Below, one piece after another: positions 1 through 4,163 of a stretch of DNA of 4,163 bases. A program made the position numbers and the translations under genes. The stretch is from IMG/VR virus record IMGVR_UViG_2778261179_000007, positions 1-4,163 of that record. One strand, given 5' to 3'. Within the stretch, counting starts at the first letter, position 1. Every line of letters begins with the position of its first letter. The notes beneath the pieces were generated by a model, which ran no database searches, was not told the origin of the DNA, and saw only the letters and a list, made by a program, of their open reading frames with translations. This DNA comes from a virus. Taxonomy: Duplodnaviria > Heunggongvirae > Uroviricota > Caudoviricetes.

Positions 1-1760
1 GCCTCATTGCGTCGCTTTTTGCTGTCCCACAGTATTTTTTTCCTGCCATCCACCCATTTTTCGACCTGCTCTTCAGCAGTCAGCTGCTGCGCTTCGGTCA
101 GATCAAAAATATCCGGGTTATTCGGGAAGTGAACGGCACCGGGAAGCGGTTCATCCCCTTCCGGCGTCAGTGTGAAGCGGTTATAAATCTGCTCTTTCGC
201 GGTATCCGTACCGATTTCGGTAAGGTAAACCCCGTTTTTGTTTCGCTTACGTGGCATGCTGGCCACCGGCTTTCCGTAGACGGATGCCCCTTTAATGGGG
301 ATCACCCGGAACAGCCCATGTTTTTTCGAGCGTTCATACACAATGGTCGGGTCAATCCCGCCAGTATCCCAGCAGATACGGGATATCGACATTTCTGCAC
401 CATTCCGGCGGGTATAGGTTTTATTGATGGCCTCATCCACACGCAGCAGCGTCTGTTCATCGTCGTGGCGGCCCATAATAATCTGCCGGTCAATCAGCCA
501 GCTTTCCTCACCCGGCCCCCATCCCCATACGCGCATTTCGTAGCGGTCCAGCTGGGAGTCGATACCGGCGGTCAGGTAAGCCACACGGTCAGGAACGGGC
601 GCTGAATAATGCTCTTTCCGCTCTGCCATCACTTCAGCATCCGGACGTTCGCCAATTTTCGCCTCCCACGTCTCACCGAGCGTGGTGTTTACGAAGGTTT
701 TACGTTTTCCCGTATCCCCTTTCGTTTTCATCCAGTCTTTGACAATCTGCACCCAGGTGGTGAACGGGCTGTACGCTGTCCAGATGTGAAAGGTCACACT
801 GTCCGGCGGCTCAATCTCTTCACCGGATGACGAAAACCAGAGAATGCCATCACGGGTCCAGATCCCGGTCTTTTCGCAGATATAACGGGCATCAGTGAAG
901 TCCAGCTCCTGCTGGCGGATGACGCAGGCATTATGCTCGCAGAGATAAAACACGCTGGAGGGGTCATCCGGCGTCCATTTGAGGCCAAACGGCGTCTCTT
1001 TGTCGCCAAATTTAAGATACTGCTCCTCCCCGCAGTGCGGGCAGGCAACATGAAAACGCATAAAATGCGGGGATTCACTGGCTGCACGCTCAATCTGGCA
1101 GGTGCCTCTCACTTTGGGCGTGGAGCCACGGATGGACTTTGGCCAGACCGAGCCTTCAATACGCTTGTCGCCCAGGAACGTCGGAGAGCCTTCCTGTTCA
1201 ATATCCTCATCAAAGGCAGCAAGTTCATCATAACCCGCCACATCCACCGACTTTTCACGGTAGTTTTTTGCCGCTTTACCGCCCAGGCACCAGAAGCCAC
1301 GACCATTGGTGAAACGCTTCATGGTGAGCGTGTTATCCCGGTGCTTTTTGCCATACCACGGGGCCAGCGCCAGCAGCGACGGAATATCACGAATAGTCGG
1401 CTCAACGTGGGTTTTCATGAAGTTCTCGGCATCACCATCCGTCGGCAACCAGATAAGGGTGTTACGCTGTTTATGCTCTATGAAGTAGGCATAAACACCC
1501 AGCAGCATTTTGGAATAACCGACACGGGCAGACTTCACCACATTCACCTCACGGATGTAGTCGCTGCCCATCGCATTCATGATGGCCCGCTGAAAGGGCA
1601 GTGTTTCCCAGCGCCCTTCCTGGTATGCGGATTCTTTCGGGAGATAGTAATTAGCATCCGCCCATTCAACGGCGGTCTGTGGCTCCGGCCTGAACAGGGC
1701 ACGAAGCCCGGCGCGGACAAAATGCCGCAGCCTGTCAACCTGACTGTTCGATATATTCAC
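1..1760 (-). CDS. A: Terminase large subunit (lambda gpA-like), N-terminal ~586 codons; C-terminal end runs off the window at position 1
   Basis: Reverse-complement translation from GTG (complement of 1758-1760) reads MNISNSQVDRLRHFVRAGLRALFRPEPQTAVEWADANYYLPKESAYQEGRWETLPFQRAIMNAMGSDYIREVNVVKSARVGYSKMLLGVYAYFIEHKQRNTLIWLPT..., matching the lambda gpA N-terminus as I recall it. The first ~340 nt of the window, reverse-complemented, also match the distal part of lambda A. The ORF track lists no minus-strand ORF in this frame, which is expected for a reading frame that exits the window. The GTG start overlaps the end of Nu1 by 26 nt, as in lambda. Confidence 0.93.
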   Translation of the reverse strand, partial: MNISNSQVDRLRHFVRAGLRALFRPEPQTAVEWADANYYLPKESAYQEGRWETLPFQRAIMNAMGSDYIREVNVVKSARVGYSKMLLGVYAYFIEHKQRNTLIWLPTDGDAENFMKTHVEPTIRDIPSLLALAPWYGKKHRDNTLTMKRFTNGRGFWCLGGKAAKNYREKSVDVAGYDELAAFDEDIEQEGSPTFLGDKRIEGSVWPKSIRGSTPKVRGTCQIERAASESPHFMRFHVACPHCGEEQYLKFGDKETPFGLKWTPDDPSSVFYLCEHNACVIRQQELDFTDARYICEKTGIWTRDGILWFSSSGEEIEPPDSVTFHIWTAYSPFTTWVQIVKDWMKTKGDTGKRKTFVNTTLGETWEAKIGERPDAEVMAERKEHYSAPVPDRVAYLTAGIDSQLDRYEMRVWGWGPGEESWLIDRQIIMGRHDDEQTLLRVDEAINKTYTRRNGAEMSISRICWDTGGIDPTIVYERSKKHGLFRVIPIKGASVYGKPVASMPRKRNKNGVYLTEIGTDTAKEQIYNRFTLTPEGDEPLPGAVHFPNNPDIFDLTEAQQLTAEEQVEKWVDGRKKILWDSKKRRNE

Positions 1761-2280
1761 TCAGCAACCCCGGTATCAGTTCATCCAGCGCGGCTGCTTT
1801 GTTCATGGCTTTGATGATATCCCGTTTCAGGAAATCAATATGCCGGTTATCCAGCTCAGGAAAACGTCGCTGCACCGACAGAGGAATACCGTCGAGAATA
1901 CTGGATATTTCCCTTGCTATACGCGACAGCACGAAAGTACAGAATGCGGTTTCCACCACTTCAGCCGATTCTTTGGCATTTTTCAGTTCCTGCGCCGTCG
2001 CCTGAGCACGAGTCAGGCGATGGCGCTCAAATTCAAGTGTTCCTGGGTGAAGATCTGCCTCGCTGGCCTGCCGCAGTTCTTCAACTTCCCGGCGCAGCTT
2101 TTCGTTCTCAATTTCAGCATCCCTTTCGGCATACCATTTTATGACGGCGGCAGAGTCATAAAGCACCTCATTACCCTTGCCACCGCCTCGCAGAACGGGC
2201 ATTCCCTGTTCCTGCCAGTTCTGAATGGTACGGATACTCGCACCGAAAATGTCAGCCAGCTGCTTTTTGTTGACTTCCAT
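1735..2280 (-). CDS. nu1: Terminase small subunit (lambda Nu1-like), 181 aa, N-terminal winged helix-turn-helix that binds the cosB R elements
   Basis: ORF-track protein MEVNKKQLADIFGASIRTIQNWQEQGMPVLRGGGKGNEVLYDSAAVIKWYAERDAEIENEKLRREVEELRQ... is near-identical to lambda Nu1 as recalled, with a handful of conservative substitutions. Length matches (181 aa). It sits immediately downstream of cosB, as in lambda. Confidence 0.95.
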   Translation of the reverse strand: MEVNKKQLADIFGASIRTIQNWQEQGMPVLRGGGKGNEVLYDSAAVIKWYAERDAEIENEKLRREVEELRQASEADLHPGTLEFERHRLTRAQATAQELKNAKESAEVVETAFCTFVLSRIAREISSILDGIPLSVQRRFPELDNRHIDFLKRDIIKAMNKAAALDELIPGLLSEYIEQSG

Positions 2281-2301
2281 TGTTCATTCCACGGACAAAA
2301 A

Positions 2302-2419
2302 CAGAGAAAGGAAACGACAGAGGCCAAAAAGCCCGTTTTCAGCACCTGTCGTTTCCTTTCTTTTCAGGGGGTGTTTTAAATAAAAACATTAAGTTACGAC
2401 GAAGAAGAACGGAAACGCC
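2302..2419 (-). promoter_or_regulatory. cosB: cosB: Nu1-binding elements R1 (~2302-2320), R2 (~2343-2360), R3 (~2400-2419) and the intervening AT-rich IHF site I1 (~2370-2398)
   Basis: Three copies of the CGTTTCC / GGAAACG core are visible: gaaaggaaacgacag (R1), cacctgtcgtttcctttc (R2) and cgaagaagaacggaaacgcc (R3). R2 is inverted relative to R1 and R3. An AT-rich stretch gtgttttaaataaaaacattaagttacgac lies between R2 and R3. Order and spacing match lambda cosB as recalled. Confidence 0.8.
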
Positions 2420-2457
2420 TTAAACCGGAAAATTTTCATAAATAGCGAAAACCCGCG

Positions 2458-2469
2458 CGCCTTCCGCCC
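2458..2469 (-). other. cosN: cosN cohesive-end 12-mer; minus-strand sequence GGGCGGAAGGCG (lambda: GGGCGGCGACCT)
   Basis: Plus strand 2458-2469 is cgccttccgccc, whose reverse complement is GGGCGGAAGGCG. Both flanks (..CTACG on one side, CGCGGGTTTTCGC on the other) align to lambda. Five of the six positions in the 3' half of the 12-mer differ from lambda as I recall it. Confidence 0.7.
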
Positions 2470-2758
2470 CGTAGCCTGCCGGATCGCCGGAAAGGACCCG
2501 CAAAGGTGAGAATAATTATCACTTGCATTAATATCCGGCTTCTTCCACCATCGCACCGGACGGGCGACTATGAGGGACAAAATCGCGCACCATAAACGCG
2601 GTAAAAACCCGGTGTGCATCGTTTTTGATTATTCCCGCACACTCGCGCAGAAGGAGTTCCCCGTCGGGCTACGGTCATGGTTAATGCGGAAATACGGCGA
2701 CGATGCAGCGCGGTATTTAATGTGCGACCACGGTCGCAAACGAGAAACAAAGAGATTT

Positions 2759-3070
2759 TTATGCTACAGAGGAACAAGCTGGCGGGTAATTCAGCGTAGT
2801 GAATACCTGCATCTCCATCTTGTATGCGTAATGATACTCAGCAGTTGCTCCAGCAGACGCTTTCCAGCCAGGAAGCATCAAAATAGCATCAGCACAACGA
2901 AGCATTGCAAAGCAAATATCCATGTATTCACGTTGTGTCAGACCATTAGGCAAAGTGGCTGGATTCAAGACAGAGTGACCATGTCGTGACAAACGATCTG
3001 CCTCTTTATTAAAGGCGTCACGATTAAAGTTCTCATATCCCGTCATTGGCCCGGCAATATAAATTTTCAT
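2759..3070 (-). CDS. Small (103 aa) nucleoside 2-deoxyribosyltransferase-like protein (DUF4406-type); accessory gene between Rz and cos
   Basis: ORF-track protein MKIYIAGPMTGYENFNRDAFNKEADRLSRHGHSVLNPATLPNGLTQREYMDICFAMLRCADAILMLPGWKASAGATAEYHYAYKMEMQVFTTLNYPPACSSVA. The N-terminal KIYIAGP loop and the C-terminal block AILMLPGW..SAGATAEYHYA resemble the N-terminal loop and the catalytic-Glu motif (here Glu78) of nucleoside 2-deoxyribosyltransferase / Rcl-type enzymes as I recall them. Same strand as the late genes, with a weak Shine-Dalgarno (GGATAGTGA before ATG). GC content is about 45% in four of its five 60-nt blocks that I counted, against about 58-62% in two 60-nt blocks sampled from A. 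The family assignment is from memory, not a search. Confidence 0.65.
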   Translation of the reverse strand: MKIYIAGPMTGYENFNRDAFNKEADRLSRHGHSVLNPATLPNGLTQREYMDICFAMLRCADAILMLPGWKASAGATAEYHYAYKMEMQVFTTLNYPPACSSVA

Positions 3071-3111
3071 TCACTATCCAACAAATTGAGCTCGTTTTTG
3101 ATACAGAGGGA

Positions 3112-3570
3112 TTAATTCAGGCATTGCGTCTTGATGTATTCCTGCAAGTAGTTAACCTGCGCAGTTATCCTGTCGATCCCACTTCGGAGACGGTAATAAT
3201 TGAGTTCAGCATCTGCTGTAAGTCTTGGGCTTTCTCCATTGCCCATGCCGCTGGCTCCGGTCGTTGACTTTGCACAGGTGGCGGCGACTTGCAGGCGCTT
3301 ACGGCCAGCGGCAACATCAGCGCGCAGAGTTTCATTTTCAGCTTTCGCATTGGCTAATTCTCTCGAGTACTTTGCATCGAGCGCAGCAACATCACGCTGA
3401 CGCTGCTGCATGTCAGCGATGGTGGCGATCGCCTTCTCCAGTTCACTGGCCTTGTTATCGCGCTGCTCCTTGTAGGCGATTGCGTTATCACGGTAATGAT
3501 TAACAGCCAATGACAGGCAGACGATGATGCAGATAACCAGAGCGGAGATAATCGCGGTTACTCTGCTCAT
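3112..3570 (-). CDS. Rz: Rz, inner-membrane spanin subunit (i-spanin), 152 aa
   Basis: Translation [93 protein letters not shown]... matches lambda Rz as recalled, with an N-terminal transmembrane helix and a coiled-coil periplasmic domain. I place the start at the ATG (complement of 3568-3570) that overlaps the R stop as ATGA, not at the upstream GTG (3582) used by the ORF track. Confidence 0.9.
   Translation of the reverse strand: MSRVTAIISALVICIIVCLSLAVNHYRDNAIAYKEQRDNKASELEKAIATIADMQQRQRDVAALDAKYSRELANAKAENETLRADVAAGRKRLQVAATCAKSTTGASGMGNGESPRLTADAELNYYRLRSGIDRITAQVNYLQEYIKTQCLN
3165..3350 (-). CDS. Rz1: Rz1, outer-membrane lipoprotein spanin subunit (o-spanin), embedded in the +1 frame of Rz
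   Basis: 61-aa [64 protein letters not shown]. It has a signal peptide with lipobox (..AVSA|C, Cys20) followed by a proline-rich mature region, and lies entirely inside Rz in another frame. This is the classic lambda Rz/Rz1 arrangement and the sequence pattern is similar to lambda Rz1. Confidence 0.85.
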   Translation of the reverse strand: MRKLKMKLCALMLPLAVSACKSPPPVQSQRPEPAAWAMEKAQDLQQMLNSIITVSEVGSTG

Positions 3571-4064
3571 TGTTGCCCCCACAAACAGACTTCACGCTCA
3601 ATCTCACGACGAGTCATCAGGCCTTTCCATTGCTTACCGCCAGCGTATATCCAGCGACGTAGCTGGTCACATGCGCCTTTAATATCGCCCTGGTTTATTT
3701 TGCGAAGAAGCGTCGATGTTCTGAAATTGCCAGCACCCACGTTGTAGACGAACGAGTAAAGAGCGCCGCGCGTTGTTTCCGGTATATCGACTTTGATGTA
3801 CGGGTTAATTTGTCTGGCAACCGTGGCAAGGTCTTTATTCAGGAGGGCTTTGCATTCTGCTTTGGTATACGTTTTACCGAGCATGATGTCTTTTCCGGTG
3901 TGTCCGTGACATACAGTCCATACGCCAACGATATCTTTGTATGGTACGTAGCTGACACCTTCCAGACCATCGTTACCACTTGGGCCAGTGATTAACACAG
4001 ATGCTATGGCAATAGCCCCGCCACCAATAGCAGCAGCAACGGCTTTTCGTAATGATGGAGGCAT
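3567..4064 (-). CDS. R: SAR endolysin (phage 21 R-type lysozyme, T4-lysozyme-like glycosidase family), 165 aa
   Basis: Translation [61 protein letters not shown]... is essentially the phage 21 endolysin as I recall it. It has a Gly/Ala-rich N-terminal signal-anchor-release helix and the catalytic triad E35-D44-T50. A GAGGTG Shine-Dalgarno precedes the ATG, and the start overlaps the holin stop (TAATG). Confidence 0.95.
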   Translation of the reverse strand: MPPSLRKAVAAAIGGGAIAIASVLITGPSGNDGLEGVSYVPYKDIVGVWTVCHGHTGKDIMLGKTYTKAECKALLNKDLATVARQINPYIKVDIPETTRGALYSFVYNVGAGNFRTSTLLRKINQGDIKGACDQLRRWIYAGGKQWKGLMTRREIEREVCLWGQQ

Positions 4065-4163
4065 TATTCACCTCTCGCAGCCTTTCTTCTGTCTTCTCTG
4101 ATTTTGAAGTACAGATTCGTCAGGTAAGTCAGAAAGCCCAGAACCAGACTTCCCAGCACACCA
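4064..4163 (-). CDS. S: Holin, phage 21 S-type pinholin, C-terminal 32 codons only (5' end outside the window)
   Basis: Reverse complement of 4064-4162 translates to [32 protein letters not shown], matching the C-terminus of the phage 21 pinholin as recalled. The TAA stop overlaps the R start codon by 1 nt. Confidence 0.85.
   Translation of the reverse strand, partial: GVLGSLVLGFLTYLTNLYFKIREDRRKAARGE

Larger units (their letters stand above)
2283..2500 (-). other. cos: cos DNA packaging site (cosQ-cosN-cosB), intact as in a prophage or concatemer junction
   Basis: Reverse complement of 2440-2500 reads ...GCGGGTCCTTTCCGGCGATCCGGCAGGCTACG GGGCGGAAGGCG CGCGGGTTTTCGCTATTTATGAAAATTTTCCGG..., collinear with the lambda right-end/left-end junction. 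The Nu1-binding repeats follow between cosN and the nu1 start. Outer bounds are approximate. Confidence 0.85.

Noticed and set aside
302-1306. Minus-strand ORFs 302..493, 794..1093 and 1109..1306
   Set aside because: All three are in an alternative frame nested inside gene A, with no ribosome-binding site or homology support.
129-1814. Plus-strand ORFs 129..605 (158 aa), 609..830 (73 aa) and 933..1814 (293 aa)
   Set aside because: They lie antisense to the well-supported terminase large-subunit frame. Their products are low-complexity and Arg/His/Gly-rich with no recognisable motifs. Long antisense ORFs are expected in GC-rich coding DNA.
1799-2379. Plus-strand ORFs 1799..2005, 1840..2379 and 1914..2144, and minus-strand ORF 2139..2345
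   Set aside because: They are antisense or out-of-frame shadows of Nu1. The 1840..2379 ORF also runs across the cosB R elements, which are protein-binding DNA rather than coding sequence.
2389-2777. Minus-strand ORFs 2389..2619 (76 aa) and 2568..2777 (69 aa)
   Set aside because: The first spans cosN/cosQ and part of cosB. The second overlaps the 3' end of the accessory gene. Both have odd Arg/Cys/Trp-rich composition and no Shine-Dalgarno.
2570-2989. Plus-strand ORF 2570..2989 (139 aa)
   Set aside because: Its distal two-thirds is antisense to the accessory gene, which has clear fold-level motifs. There is no convincing ribosome-binding site and the protein is rich in Arg, Cys and His. A short plus-strand peptide confined to 2570-2758 cannot be excluded but has no support.
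3071-3111. Possible promoter or terminator in the 41-bp Rz-to-accessory-gene spacer
   Set aside because: There is no convincing -35/-10 pair and no hairpin plus U-tract. Only a 6-bp GAGCTC palindrome is present, which is too short to count as a structure. The accessory gene is most simply read through from the late promoter.
3046-3503. Plus-strand ORFs 3046..3267, 3200..3400 and 3225..3503
   Set aside because: They are antisense to Rz/Rz1. The products are Ala/Arg-rich and low-complexity, typical of shadow ORFs.
3571-3582. Upstream GTG start for Rz, as used by the ORF track (MGATMSRV...)
   Set aside because: The ATG at 3568-3570 gives the lambda-like N-terminus MSRVTAI and the ATGA coupling overlap with the R stop. 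The GTG extension would add four residues overlapping R without support.
3810-3995. Plus-strand ORF 3810..3995 (61 aa)
   Set aside because: It is antisense to the strongly supported endolysin gene.
1-4163. tRNA genes, CRISPR repeats, IS elements or integrase/att sites
   Set aside because: No cloverleaf-like conserved tRNA motifs, no regularly spaced direct repeats and no transposase or integrase-like ORFs were seen. The only repeated motifs are the three cosB R elements.

Overview
This window is a minus-strand slice of a lambdoid prophage late operon, covering the lysis cassette, a small accessory gene, the cos packaging site and the terminase genes. Read 5'->3' on the minus strand (4163 down to 1), the order is: C-terminal end of a phage-21-type pinholin (S), SAR endolysin (R), Rz with Rz1 embedded in the +1 frame, a 103-aa gene for a nucleoside 2-deoxyribosyltransferase-like (DUF4406-type) protein, about 260 bp of non-coding DNA, an intact cos site (cosQ-cosN-cosB), the lambda-type small terminase Nu1, and the N-terminal ~586 codons of large terminase A. 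All calls rest on my own reverse-complement translation compared with lambda and phage 21 proteins from memory; no database search was run. Almost everything here is canonical lambdoid biology and I see no multi-gene novel system. The two things worth a second look are the small accessory gene between Rz and cos, and a cosN cohesive-end 12-mer that differs from lambda's although its flanks and the Nu1-binding cosB elements are lambda-like. No tRNA, rRNA, CRISPR array, IS element or large repeat was seen. Every listed plus-strand ORF lies antisense to these genes and is treated as a shadow ORF.
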